A stretch of DNA of 63,171 nucleotides, filler included. It is 7 parts of 7 records of this genome, joined end to end, with 100 filler letters (N's around TTAATTAATTAA, not from the genome) between each part and the next. Parts side by side here need not be neighbours in the genome. Positions count along the whole stretch, not along the records: positions 1 to 8,839 come from SRR31156797_58317; positions 8,940 to 18,113 come from SRR31156797_58363; 5 more parts are not named here. The stretch is one strand, 5' to 3'. Each line of letters opens with the position of its first letter. The stretch's first letter is position 1. The notes under the pieces were generated by a model that saw only the letters and a list, made by a program, of their open reading frames with translations, was not told where the DNA came from and ran no database searches. Both the position numbers and the translations under genes were made by a program. Below, piece by piece: positions 1 to 9,965 of this stretch.

Positions 1-1
1 T

Positions 2-607
2 GAAGGTGTTGACCATGTAGTCCCGGGTGAGGTCATAGCCGTTCTGGAGGGTGTCCGGATCGCTGTCACCGAAAATGAACGCGTAAATAAAATCCATGGT
101 ATCCCCAACCAGCCATTCCAGGGAATCCGGCAGCAGACCCAGGATCACGTCGGCAATGGCGCTTCCATGGTGGGGACCGGCAATGCTGGAGTGTGAGGCG
201 ACTTTCTCCTCGGCCCCCAGCCCCAGGTTGGAGATGGCGTAGCGGGTGTAGACGGTGCCGTGGGAATGCCCGATGATATTGGCCTTGTCACTTCCTGAAA
301 CGATCAGGATCTCCTCGAACTGGGCCTTGAAAGATGCGGCCTTATCCGCGGTGCTGCCCATGCCGTCGACCGATGTCACGTAAACATTGGCGCCCTCGTC
401 CTCCAATGTCTCTTCAAGGCCCCACCAATAATCCATGATGCCCAGGATTTCAGCCGAGGCCCCCATGCCGTGGGCGAGGACCACCGGATATTTCGTGGCG
501 CAGGACTCTGAATCCCCCATTCCCCGTGCTGAAAGGGGACAGAGAAAAAGCAGCATCATGCAGACTACCTGTATTCGAATACACCTTGAACTGCTCCTTG
601 AAACCAT
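2..607 (-). CDS. Secreted triacylglycerol lipase, alpha/beta hydrolase (3' end runs off the window)
   Basis: Not in the ORF track; translated by hand from ATG 607 behind a GGAGG RBS. Reads ...CATKYPVVLAHGMG...KANIIGHSHGT...SIAGPHHGS. These are the oxyanion HG motif, the GxSxG nucleophile elbow and the PHxGS motif of bacterial family I lipases. Confidence 0.88.
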   Translation of the reverse strand, partial: MVSRSSSRCIRIQVVCMMLLFLCPLSARGMGDSESCATKYPVVLAHGMGASAEILGIMDYWWGLEETLEDEGANVYVTSVDGMGSTADKAASFKAQFEEILIVSGSDKANIIGHSHGTVYTRYAISNLGLGAEEKVASHSSIAGPHHGSAIADVILGLLPDSLEWLVGDTMDFIYAFIFGDSDPDTLQNGYDLTRDYMVNTF

Positions 608-1242
608 ACACACCTCCTCCGTTTAAATCGGTTAAGATGATAACCCCGGTTCAACAAGCTTACCCGTTCAGCCACAGCCATACCTTGAAAACCCCATAAC
701 GGAGATGGGATGACAAGGCCGGAGCGAAAACGGCTCGCTCCCGTGCAGATATGCAATTATTAAACTGTGTCAAAGGCAGGGTGGAAATCAGCAATCCTGA
801 ATAAGGTTCAAATATTGGATTGCATGTCAATTTTTATATGATTGTTCATTTTTGCTGTCAAGTTCTTTTTTGAGGTGGATTTTCGGATTTTCAGAAATGA
901 AAATCATGTGGTTGATAGCCTTTAACAGGAGGGACGCGGGTTTTATATAAATAAACAGGTAAGTGGGGGGCTGGAGATGTTCATAAAAGAAGAAAAATGT
1001 TCTGAAAAATAACAAAATGCTTGATTTCGCCCTGGGTCATCGGCTATAGCAGGGTCTTTTTGCGAAAAGAAAAGTGGAGCCATGGGAAAAGCGTATCGTT
1101 GGCCTTTTACTTTTCGCACCGTTGCCGGGCACCGGGATGATGCAGGCAGTGTGTATCGTTTCCGGTTATCGGTGTGATAACGTGTGTCCTGCCCGGCAGG
1201 ACGCGATTTTGTACAGTGACGATTAAAAAAAGGATTAGATGT

Positions 1243-2529
1243 ATGAAGAAACTGATGTCCGGATCTCTTGTTGCTTTAACTGCGGCCTGTGTCGCCCTGA
1301 CCGGCTGTGTATCGGCCACCCAGCCACCACCCATGACCGCGGCCCGTCAGCTGGCGGTTGAGGCGGAAATCCCTTATCCCGCCGTGGTCGCCCATCGCGG
1401 CGCGTCTTGCTATGCCCCCGAATCCACGGAAGCGGCCTACCGGCTGGCCCGGAACCTGGGTGCGGATTACCTGGAGTGCGATCTCCAGCGATCCAAGGAC
1501 GGTATTCTCCTGGCCGTGCATGACAACAACCTGAAGCGTACCAGCAACATCTCCGAGGTGTTCCCCGATCGCGCCGGTGATCCCGTGAGCACCTTTACCC
1601 TGGCGGAGCTGAAATCCCTGGATGCCGGAACCTGGTTCAACGCCGAAAAGATCAAGAACGGCACCCCGGAACTTGCCCGTAAGGCCTTTGCCGGCAGCCG
1701 CATCTGCACCCTGGAAGAATTTCTCAACATCGCGGAAGGCAAGATGGCGGACGGCAGCGCGGATCCCATGGACAACGGCAACCGTCCCGGCATTTATATC
1801 GAGACCAAGGTGGCCACCCAGTTCCCCGGCATAGAAAAAGATCTCTACGAAGCCCTGAAAAAACGCGATTGGCTGGGCGCTTCCCACAAGACCGCCCCCA
1901 AGGGATTTGATGCCGAAAAAAACGTGGGGGTTCAGTTTACCCGTGGGCGAACCATCCTCCAGACCTTCGAACCCTCCAGTTTGCCCCTGCTCAACGAGTA
2001 CATGCCTGAAACCGCCAAGATTTTCCTGCTCTGGCTGTACACTGAGAAGGAAGCAGCGTCCTGGGGGGCCGCCAAGGTGGACCAGAACGATCCCAACGCG
2101 GACCTGAGCAAGACATACGGGCCTTTGCGTAAAGATCTTCCCGAGAAGCAGGCGGAAGGGGAAACCTATGCCCAGTTCTGCGCCAAGTGGGAAGTGCTGT
2201 CCAAAGAGAACTTCAAGATGTGGCTGGCCTGGGCCAAGGCCAACGGTGCCATCGGCACCGGCCCCGGAACCAGACTGACCGGTTTCAATGACCCCGTGAA
2301 GGGCGCCCAGAGCTACATGGACACCGTGAAGCCCTGGATGAACCAGATGACCCATGATATGGGCATGTTGATTCACTGCTATACCATCGACGAAGAGGCG
2401 GACATGAAAATGGTTATGGGGAACGACGTGGACGGTTTTTTCACCAACAAGGCCGACCTGGGGCTTTCTTACCTTGGCAGAACGCCCTATGCCGGCGTGG
2501 GCGAAATCCTGGCTTCCATGAACTATTAG
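1243..2529 (+). CDS. glpQ: Glycerophosphodiester phosphodiesterase, lipoprotein
   Basis: Motifs VAHRGAS, PEST, ADYLECDLQRSKDG, HD, IYIETK and DGFFTN. Lipobox LTGC follows a hydrophobic leader. Start moved to ATG 1243. Confidence 0.9.
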   Translation: MKKLMSGSLVALTAACVALTGCVSATQPPPMTAARQLAVEAEIPYPAVVAHRGASCYAPESTEAAYRLARNLGADYLECDLQRSKDGILLAVHDNNLKRTSNISEVFPDRAGDPVSTFTLAELKSLDAGTWFNAEKIKNGTPELARKAFAGSRICTLEEFLNIAEGKMADGSADPMDNGNRPGIYIETKVATQFPGIEKDLYEALKKRDWLGASHKTAPKGFDAEKNVGVQFTRGRTILQTFEPSSLPLLNEYMPETAKIFLLWLYTEKEAASWGAAKVDQNDPNADLSKTYGPLRKDLPEKQAEGETYAQFCAKWEVLSKENFKMWLAWAKANGAIGTGPGTRLTGFNDPVKGAQSYMDTVKPWMNQMTHDMGMLIHCYTIDEEADMKMVMGNDVDGFFTNKADLGLSYLGRTPYAGVGEILASMNY

Positions 2530-2553
2530 TTTTTTTGCAGAAAGTTAGATCGT

Positions 2554-2599
2554 AAAAACCGCTGCAGGTCCCTGAAACCGGGCCTGCGGCGGTTTTTTT
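2554..2599 (+). terminator. Intrinsic terminator after the phosphodiesterase gene
   Basis: AAAAACCGCTGCAGGTCC...GGGCCTGCGGCGGTTTTTTT, a stem with G-U pairs followed by a U tract. Confidence 0.85.
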
Positions 2600-2968
2600 A
2601 TCGGTTGAACGCCATTCCCATTGGGAATCCCCCGATGGGGTATCATATGGGGGTAATGATTTTTCGAAATCGAATACAAAACCGTCCTTATCGTGTTGTT
2701 TATGGAAAAGCAGCAGCAAAAACGAAAAGCATTTTTCACCGGTCGTGTTTCGCAGTGAAATTGTAAGTTGTTGTTTTGATAGAGTTGTTAGGAACTATTA
2801 TGCCGGTTTTGCAGATGAGGTTCGGAATGGTTTGACAATCACTGCATTTTCAACTATGAATATCGTCGAATTGTGATTTCTGAGGATCGGGCCAGAAACA
2901 GGCGTTGTTTTTAATTGATTCCTGTTTTTCATTAACATGAAACGGTTCCGGTCAATCAGGTTGTAGTG

Positions 2969-3113
2969 GGAGATCGCATGCAAACCGGGCGCGGAGTTTG
3001 ACACAAGTGACAGCCCCCTGCCGCATTCAAGGTGAAAACCGCGATATGCATTGGGCGCAACCCGCTGATTGGACACCGGTCCACCTTACATGGGATCTCC
3101 ATGGTGTTTTTTT
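2969..3113 (+). promoter_or_regulatory. Candidate structured 5' leader (riboswitch-like, unclassified)
   Basis: Nested complementarity: 2969-2983 with 3086-3100, 2984-2988 with 3076-3080, 2990-2994 with 3039-3043. A competing hairpin and T7 tract lie just before the RBS. Confidence 0.4.
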
Positions 3114-3135
3114 ATCTTATGGAGAATGCGTTAAT

Positions 3136-4689
3136 ATGTACAAGAAGTTTCGCAGTGTATTGCTGACAAGTGTTTGTCTTTTGGCCATGACTGGGCTGAG
3201 TTTTGCCGCATCCACCCCCAGATATGTCTTTTATTTTATTGGTGACGGCCTTGGGCCCTCCCAGAGACAGGCTGCCGAGTATTATTACAAAATGGAGACG
3301 GGCGACAAATCCGCCAAACTGACCATGGACTCGTTTCCGGTTGCAGCCCTTGTGACCACCCATTCCAACAACACCCTGATTACCGATTCGGCGGCCGGCG
3401 GTACGGCCCTGGCCTCGGGCATCAAAACCATCAACGGCATGCTTGGAAAACTGCCGGACGGCACCAATGTCCCCACCCTTACCGAAGCTGCCATGGAGAA
3501 GGGCTACGCAACCGGTATTGTCACCACGACACGCCTGACCCATGCAACTCCCGCGGCCTTTACCGCCCATAACGTCAGCCGTAACAATGCAAATGACATT
3601 GCCGTGGACCAGCTCAACAGCAATGTGGACTTCTTTGCCGGCGGCGGGTACCGTCACTTTGTTGCAAAAAACAACCCCGAAGGCCTGAAATCAAAAAGAA
3701 AGGATGACAGGGACCTTGTAAAAGAGTTCATGGAAAAAGGGTACACCACCTTTATCGGCGATGATGCCCGTGACGCTTTCCGGACCTACGCCCCCCAAAA
3801 GGGCGATAAGGTGATGGCGGCCCTTGCATACAGCCACATCCCCTATGAAGTTGCGAGAAGAAACAGCGACCTTGAGAAAAACAAAATCCCCTCCCTTGCA
3901 GAGATGACCGAGAAAGCGGTAACCATGCTCGACAAGCAGGAGAATCCTTTCTTTCTCATGGTTGAAGGCGGACGAATTGACCATGCCTGCCATGCCCACG
4001 ACGCCAAAAGCGCCATTATGGATACCATTGCCTTTGACGAAGCTGTCCGTGTGGCTTACGAGTTCTACAAGAAACATCCCGAAGAGACCCTGATCGTGAC
4101 CGCTGCCGACCATGAAACCGGCGGTATCGGCCTTGGTATCTCCATGGACAAGTACGGGTATTTCCTGAAGCTCAAAGAACTCGATGACGTTGTCGTTTCC
4201 GCGGAAGATAACCTGAATAAAAAATATAACAAGATGGTGAAAAAGATTGCCGACGTCAATAAACGGCACGAGGCTTTCATCGCCTATGTTGAAGCCAAAT
4301 GGGGCCTGACGGAGAGAACGGCCGCCGAAGATAAAGAGCTCCGGGAATCCATGGTGATCCAGGACAAAAACCAGGGCCTTGCCAAAGAGGAGAAAACCCT
4401 CTACGGATATTCCTACACGCCGACCATGGTTGCGGTAACCAACATTATCTCCCAGAGAGCACGAATTTCCTGGACCTCCTTTGTTCATACCGGAACGGTT
4501 ATTCCTGCCTCTGCCATCGGTTTCAAATCTGAACTCTTCGGAGGGTTCATCGATAATACGGATATCCCGAAAACCATCGCCAGGATCATGAATGCCAATC
4601 TTGCCGGTACAGGTGTAACCGCCTCCGAAGCGCTGCTCGGAGATACCGTCGGACCTCAGAAAAAAGCGTCGCTTATTCCCTACAAATAG
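3136..4689 (+). CDS. Alkaline phosphatase (PhoA family), secreted
   Basis: Motifs FIGDGLG, TDSAAGGTA (catalytic Ser), THATPAAF, EGGRIDHACH, TAADHETGG. Signal peptide ending AAS. ATG 3136 follows GGAG. Confidence 0.93.
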   Translation: MYKKFRSVLLTSVCLLAMTGLSFAASTPRYVFYFIGDGLGPSQRQAAEYYYKMETGDKSAKLTMDSFPVAALVTTHSNNTLITDSAAGGTALASGIKTINGMLGKLPDGTNVPTLTEAAMEKGYATGIVTTTRLTHATPAAFTAHNVSRNNANDIAVDQLNSNVDFFAGGGYRHFVAKNNPEGLKSKRKDDRDLVKEFMEKGYTTFIGDDARDAFRTYAPQKGDKVMAALAYSHIPYEVARRNSDLEKNKIPSLAEMTEKAVTMLDKQENPFFLMVEGGRIDHACHAHDAKSAIMDTIAFDEAVRVAYEFYKKHPEETLIVTAADHETGGIGLGISMDKYGYFLKLKELDDVVVSAEDNLNKKYNKMVKKIADVNKRHEAFIAYVEAKWGLTERTAAEDKELRESMVIQDKNQGLAKEEKTLYGYSYTPTMVAVTNIISQRARISWTSFVHTGTVIPASAIGFKSELFGGFIDNTDIPKTIARIMNANLAGTGVTASEALLGDTVGPQKKASLIPYK

Positions 4690-4720
4690 CAGCAACGCTT
4701 AAGTGACAGCATCACATGAC

Positions 4721-4761
4721 AAATGGGCAGGATGGCAGAAGACTTATCCTGCCCATTTTTT
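4721..4761 (+). terminator. Strong hairpin with T tract between the phosphatase and YibE/F genes
   Basis: AAATGGGCAGGAT ... ATCCTGCCCATTTTTT, a 13-bp perfect stem. Confidence 0.65.
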
Positions 4762-4775
4762 CGTTTGAGGTAGAA

Positions 4776-5939
4776 ATGAAAAAGACTCTCGCAAGTTTAA
4801 TCGTCATTGCCCTGATCGGGGTTGTTTTCGCTTTTATTTTCCGGGCGAACCTGACAGGCGGTGACAACAAGGGCGTGGCTGAGTTACGCGGTGTTGTCAC
4901 GGGAATCAGTAATGAGGGCATCACGGATATGGGGCTTGTCCGGATAGGATTCCAGAAAGTCAGTGTCATGCTGCTTGAAGGCCCCTTCAAGGGGCGTGTG
5001 GTCCAGGCTGAAAACCAGCTCCTCGGCCAGCCTGATATCGATGAAACCTATACGGTGGGAGACGAACTCCTTGTGGGCGTCGATATGGGGGACGGCTCCC
5101 CCGGCGCGGCAAGAACCCTGAACAACTATCGCCAGCGATGGGAGCTGATTCTTTTCGGGGTCTTTGTGGTCATGCTCCTGCTCTATGCGCGCCTGACCGG
5201 GCTGAAGGCCCTCTTTTCCTTTATTGCGGCGTTTTATATCCTGTGGCAGTTTTTTATCCCTTCCCTGCTGGCAAAAGCCGACCCCATTCCCGTCACCATC
5301 CTCACCCTGACCCTGCTCACGGTGGTCATTATCTACTCGGTTGCCGGCATCAGCAGAATTGCCCTGGCCGCCACGGTCAGCACCCTGACGGGCCTTGCCA
5401 TCACCCTGGCCCTGACCCTCTTTTTCGGTGAGAAGATGAAACTTGCCGGTATGACGGCTCCCTTTGCCTCGGCACTGATATTTTCCGGGAATATCGGGTT
5501 GGATATCCGGGATATCTTTTATGCCTCCGTCATTATCGGAGCATCCGGGGCCGCCATGGATATTGCAATGGATGTGACCGCTTCCATTGCCGAAGTAAAA
5601 AAGAAAAAACCGGACATCACACCCCCTGAACTCATCCAGTCGGGCCTCAATGTCGGCAGAATGGTTACCGGAACAATGACCACCACGCTTCTTTTGGCCT
5701 ATTCCGGCGGATACCTTACCATGCTGATGTATTTTGTCTCAAAAAACGCCTCGTTTTCACGTATGCTGAATTACAAGCTTGTGGGCGCGGAGCTCTTCCG
5801 GACCCTTGTGGGAAGCATCGGCCTTGTGATGGTTGCCCCCATTGCCGCTGTTATCGCGGCCTGGGTCTTCTGTATCGACTCCGATAAAATCCATATCCGG
5901 ACCTTTATGGGGCGCTTGAGAAAAGGAAAGAACCTCTAA
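4776..5939 (+). CDS. YibE/F family membrane protein
   Basis: N-terminal TM segment, soluble beta domain, then multiple TM helices. Motifs GASGAAMDIAMD and GTMTTTLLLAYSG. GAGG RBS before ATG 4776. Confidence 0.85.
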   Translation: MKKTLASLIVIALIGVVFAFIFRANLTGGDNKGVAELRGVVTGISNEGITDMGLVRIGFQKVSVMLLEGPFKGRVVQAENQLLGQPDIDETYTVGDELLVGVDMGDGSPGAARTLNNYRQRWELILFGVFVVMLLLYARLTGLKALFSFIAAFYILWQFFIPSLLAKADPIPVTILTLTLLTVVIIYSVAGISRIALAATVSTLTGLAITLALTLFFGEKMKLAGMTAPFASALIFSGNIGLDIRDIFYASVIIGASGAAMDIAMDVTASIAEVKKKKPDITPPELIQSGLNVGRMVTGTMTTTLLLAYSGGYLTMLMYFVSKNASFSRMLNYKLVGAELFRTLVGSIGLVMVAPIAAVIAAWVFCIDSDKIHIRTFMGRLRKGKNL

Positions 5940-6020
5940 CTGGTTCGACGTGAAGGTCCTGCCCCGGCCGATTAAATTGCCAGGTTCTTTTAAGGAACCG
6001 GCTGCTGTGGCAGGACTCCC

Positions 6021-6810
6021 TTATTCTTTATCTTTTTTGCGGCTTTTTTCTTTTAAGCTTTTATACCATTTTTGATCGCCATAATACTTTTCTGCGCAAT
6101 CCTCGCACATTCCATGGGAAAACTGTGCTTCCGAATATTGCTCAATGTATGCTTCAACTTGATTCCAGTACCCTTTATCATCACGGATTTTTTTGCAGGA
6201 GGCACAGATGGGCAGGATGCCTTGCAATGTTTTAATTTCTTCTTCCGCTTTTTTTTGTCGGGTGAGATCACGAATTGCCCTTTTTCCGTAATCGCAATTC
6301 CCCCAAACGCTGCGTCTGAAAGACTGCGGAATTTTTCTTCGCTATCTCGCAATGCCCTGTTTGACTCTGTTAACGCTGCCGTTTTTTCTTTAACCGCCAG
6401 GGTGAGCATGCCTACCATGGTTGCATGATATCCTTCAGGGATACCGCTTCTCCCGACGGAAAGGGGGGGGGCTCTTCTATTGTTAAAAAATCCCAATAGA
6501 TCCGGTCATAATGAAGCGGTCTTGGTTTTTCTCCGTTGGGAATGGCAAGAACGTCCCGGAATTGTTGTCCGAATTTAGCGTCCCCCGTGACCGCGTATGT
6601 GCGGACCATGCGAGTAAGATCATCCGAGCTTTGACGCAATTGATCCGCCAGTAAATTGGATTGATATCTGATCTCTCCCAAAGCGATCAAGCGTTGTTGG
6701 GCAACATACAACAAAACAAATAAAACCATTGAAAGGGCAACCAATAACAGGAGAGCACATAATCCGGCCAAAAACCGTTTTGCCGATTTTTCTTTTTTTC
6801 TGAAACTCAT
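6021..6810 (-). pseudogene. Fragmented membrane sensor protein (periplasmic sensor, PAS start, C-terminal Cys-rich domain)
   Basis: Three pieces in different frames: TM + LRQSSDDLTRMVRTYAVTGD...IYWD; then SEEKFRSLSDAAFGGIAI (PAS start only); then ILPICASCKKIRDDKGYWNQVEAYI...SHGMCEDC. Large internal parts are missing. Confidence 0.7.
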
Positions 6811-7077
6811 ATTCGTATGTTCCATCAATCCTTTATTCATCTTTTTGATAAAACAAGACCTTTGGGTGTCTGTTTTCGTTTGTCGGCAAACAGCTGTTGT
6901 TGATACCCAATATGACATGATCCGGGAGCCTGTGCAATGGGGCGCGGCTGGAAAGTGTTTGAAGTTTTAAAGGATATCTCGATTGGCGAATGGGATGTCA
7001 TCAATGGGAAACCCCACCTGCAGTTGGTCTACCAACAGATGGGGCAGGTGGGGATGGGGGCGGGGGCGGGGATGCCG

Positions 7078-8007
7078 TCAGTTTGCGACGATGCGCACCT
7101 GGAAGCTGATCAGCTCAAAGACCAGATGCATGCCAAGGTATTCAAAATGGCGGGCAGACCCGTAAATGATGCCCCATTTGGTACGGTCGATGTCGAAATG
7201 GGCTTCAGCCATCAGGTCGTTTTCAGGTGTCTTTGTGATGGTCGCCACAAAATCCTGCCGGGCTTTAACCCCCCTCAGTGTTAAGGTCCCGTTTATTTTG
7301 TAGTTTGGGAGACTCAAATAAGGGTCTGTGACAGGGAGCCCGCTATTGATCTCGAAGGTGGCTTTGGGGAAGAGCCTGGTCAGGAAAAAATCATCGGATT
7401 TGAGGTGGGCGACCAGGACCGGCTGCAGGTCGTCACCTTCAAGGTTTATGTTCGTGATGGATTCCATGTCGATGTCAAACTGGCCGGTGATGGTGCCATC
7501 CCTGACCTCGAGTTCTCCATTGGCGATTCCAACGGTGCCAAAGTGGGTCGTGGTTGGATTCCTTCCCCTCCATTCGATAGTGCTCCGGGCCGTATCAACG
7601 CGATATGACCGGTCCTCAAGTGTCAATAAGGTTTGAGGATCGGATGGTTCGTCAACCGCTTCTCCCTCCAGGGGGAAACCGGCGGAACACCAGCTCTCGA
7701 TACCGCCCTTTAACACATAAATATATCTGTAACCTTTCTTCTCAAGCTTCTCGGCTGCCGTGACCGCATCCAGGGACCTGTCGCTTGCTCCGTAAAGCAC
7801 GATTTCATAATTGTTGTCTTCGGTTATGGCCTTGACCTGGTCAATGAAGGTCACTTCGAAAACACATGCGTTGCTTGCGTTGGGCAAATGTCTTCCGGTG
7901 AAATTCTCAGCTTTCAAGGTGTCAATGAGGTAAAAGGTCTTTTCCTCTTCAATCCAGCGATGCAGTTCTTCCGGGGGCAGTTCTTGGTACGTCATTGAAT
8001 TTGTCAT
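7078..8007 (-). CDS. Rhodanese-like domain fused to YceI domain
   Basis: N half has HLPNA and YVLKGGIESW (rhodanese). C half has VDTARSTIEW, HLKSDDFF, GTLTLRGV and IDRTKWGI (YceI). AAGGAG RBS before ATG 8007. Confidence 0.85.
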   Translation of the reverse strand: MTNSMTYQELPPEELHRWIEEEKTFYLIDTLKAENFTGRHLPNASNACVFEVTFIDQVKAITEDNNYEIVLYGASDRSLDAVTAAEKLEKKGYRYIYVLKGGIESWCSAGFPLEGEAVDEPSDPQTLLTLEDRSYRVDTARSTIEWRGRNPTTTHFGTVGIANGELEVRDGTITGQFDIDMESITNINLEGDDLQPVLVAHLKSDDFFLTRLFPKATFEINSGLPVTDPYLSLPNYKINGTLTLRGVKARQDFVATITKTPENDLMAEAHFDIDRTKWGIIYGSARHFEYLGMHLVFELISFQVRIVAN

Positions 8008-8440
8008 TTTTGTCTCCTTTTTCAATACCTCATTTCCTGGTCGCAGGGAAATTCACAGTTTGCAATTCGATGAATTTTCGTTAGCAAATTGAAAAAAACA
8101 TAGCGTTTTTAAGGAAAAAGAACTGAAATTTTCTGCCGAGCTACATATCTGACAAATTTAAGTGTCAAGAAAATATTCATGGGGTTAAGCCGGATGTCTG
8201 TTTGAGCAAATGTGCGTTTTCCTTTGAATAATCCGTTTTCGAACTGGATCGACGGGGGTCAGGGAACCGGATAACTGTAAATGGAACAGTGGCAACTTAA
8301 TTTCATTGAATGGAGGGTATATTACACCTCTTTTTCAGCTAAAGTCAACGGTAGAATCATCCTGAGGCAAATTCGTTGCCACCGTCCGTTGAAGGGATCT
8401 TATCGCCGGGGAATTGGCCGTCCCTTGTTCCTGCCGCCGT

Positions 8441-8839
8441 TTAACGATACCTGGGGCGGGTTCGGGACTTTTCATGGAATGCTTCAATACCCGTTTCCCT
8501 GATCTTTTCGTTGATCATGACCCAGCCGTTATACAGGGTCGGATCAAAATTGGTTCTGTCACAGGGAAACGCCCCACACTGGTAGCAAAAATCAACCTGT
8601 TTTTCCTGGTGACAGGGGCGCACCCCGCATTCTTTAAACAGTTTGCACGGCTCGTTTCGGCAGCCCTTGCAATTTTCCGAAGCAAAGTAATCGAGCATCT
8701 CCTTGAAATCAGGATATTTCTTAAAAATGGGGTGTCCCAGCAGGGTTTCAAAACGCTTGGCATAGGTGTGGAAATTCCCCAGTTTTTCCTTGAGTTTCAA
8801 GCTGTACCGGCGGATATCTCCATCCACATGGGCAAAGCA
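8441..8839 (-). CDS. Cys-rich DUF3795-like protein (5' truncated)
   Basis: Cys pattern CKGCR...C...C...C...DFCYQCGAFPC. Frame is open up to the linker. Confidence 0.65.
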   Translation of the reverse strand, partial: CFAHVDGDIRRYSLKLKEKLGNFHTYAKRFETLLGHPIFKKYPDFKEMLDYFASENCKGCRNEPCKLFKECGVRPCHQEKQVDFCYQCGAFPCDRTNFDPTLYNGWVMINEKIRETGIEAFHEKSRTRPRYR

Positions 8840-8939
8840 NNNNNNNNNNNNNNNNNNNNNNNNNNNNNNNNNNNNNNNNNNNNTTAATTAATTAANNNNN
8901 NNNNNNNNNNNNNNNNNNNNNNNNNNNNNNNNNNNNNNN
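8840..8939. other. Artificial contig linker
   Basis: N44-TTAATTAATTAA-N44, which puts stops in all frames. Genes are cut on both sides. Confidence 0.98.
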
Positions 8940-9593
8940 CATCAACTCGTCGCGCTGTTCGGCACGCTCTTTTTCGATGAGTTTACGGCGACTGACCAGG
9001 ACATTGTTATCACGACGATCCGCCTCGATCACGACACAACGGATTGCCTGGTTCAGGAACATCGAAATATCGGTTTCGCGAACGACGTCCACCTGTGAAG
9101 CCGGCATGAATCCCCGAATCCCGTTCAGGTCAACCTCAAGTCCACCTTTGTTCATTCCCGTAACGCGTGCTTCTATAATCGTACCTGGTTTCATATTGTC
9201 CCAGGATGCGATCTTCGCGGCGCCTTCGCGGGAATAGACCTGCAGGTTGGATCCCTTGTCGAAGCGATCATAGACTACTTCAACAATGCTCCCGACTTCC
9301 AGTTTGTCCTCTTCCGAGAACTGGGATTTCGGAACAACACCTTCGGCCTTGCCTCCGACGTCGATGAAGACGTCATCGCCATGGATCTGAAGAACCTTTG
9401 CGTGGATGACCTGATCTTCCGAGGTTGGAGCACCAGACGGAACGTCCAGAAGGGACATGTCCGCTATAGCCGCTTCTTCCTCCTTCGTCAGACCGGAACT
9501 CTCAGGCATTGGCTCGGGTGTAGGAATTTCGTTTGGGGTTTGAGACGATTCGACGGGATCTGGCGAACCCGCGGGGTTGGGGGTGTCTGTCAT
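8940..9593 (-). CDS. rpsA: Ribosomal protein S1 or S1-domain protein (3' truncated)
   Basis: S1 repeats VFIDVGGKAEGVVP, NKGGLEVDLNGIRGFMPASQVD and NVLVSRR. Confidence 0.8.
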
Positions 9594-9965
9594 AATCCAA
9601 ATAGTCCGCGACGGGCGGACACTCCGTAAGTAAGAACTTCCAGTGCATTATCAAACGATTCTACCCCTCGGGGCAGGAATCCCAATCAGACCTGTTCGTA
9701 AATTCTGGATTTGTATAATTTCCATAAGATAGACAGGACTGCTAATCGCTTTTCAGGATCGAGCTTCGATCACCAGCTTTAAAACGCATCTACGTGCCCT
9801 GAAGATACCTGAACTGCCCCAACGATTTCAAGTAGATGCGAAACGCAAAGGGCAGAATATCAGTGTTACCAATTTGGCATCGCAATGTCAACCACTTAAG
9901 AAAACTTAATTGTTCAGGCATACACAATTGGACGTCCGGTACGTTTCCGGTCACAATAGACTATC

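Noticed and set aside
2998-3014. TGACA direct repeat as a Pho box
   Set aside because: Spacing is 9 bp rather than 11 bp, and the orientation is opposite to the gene.
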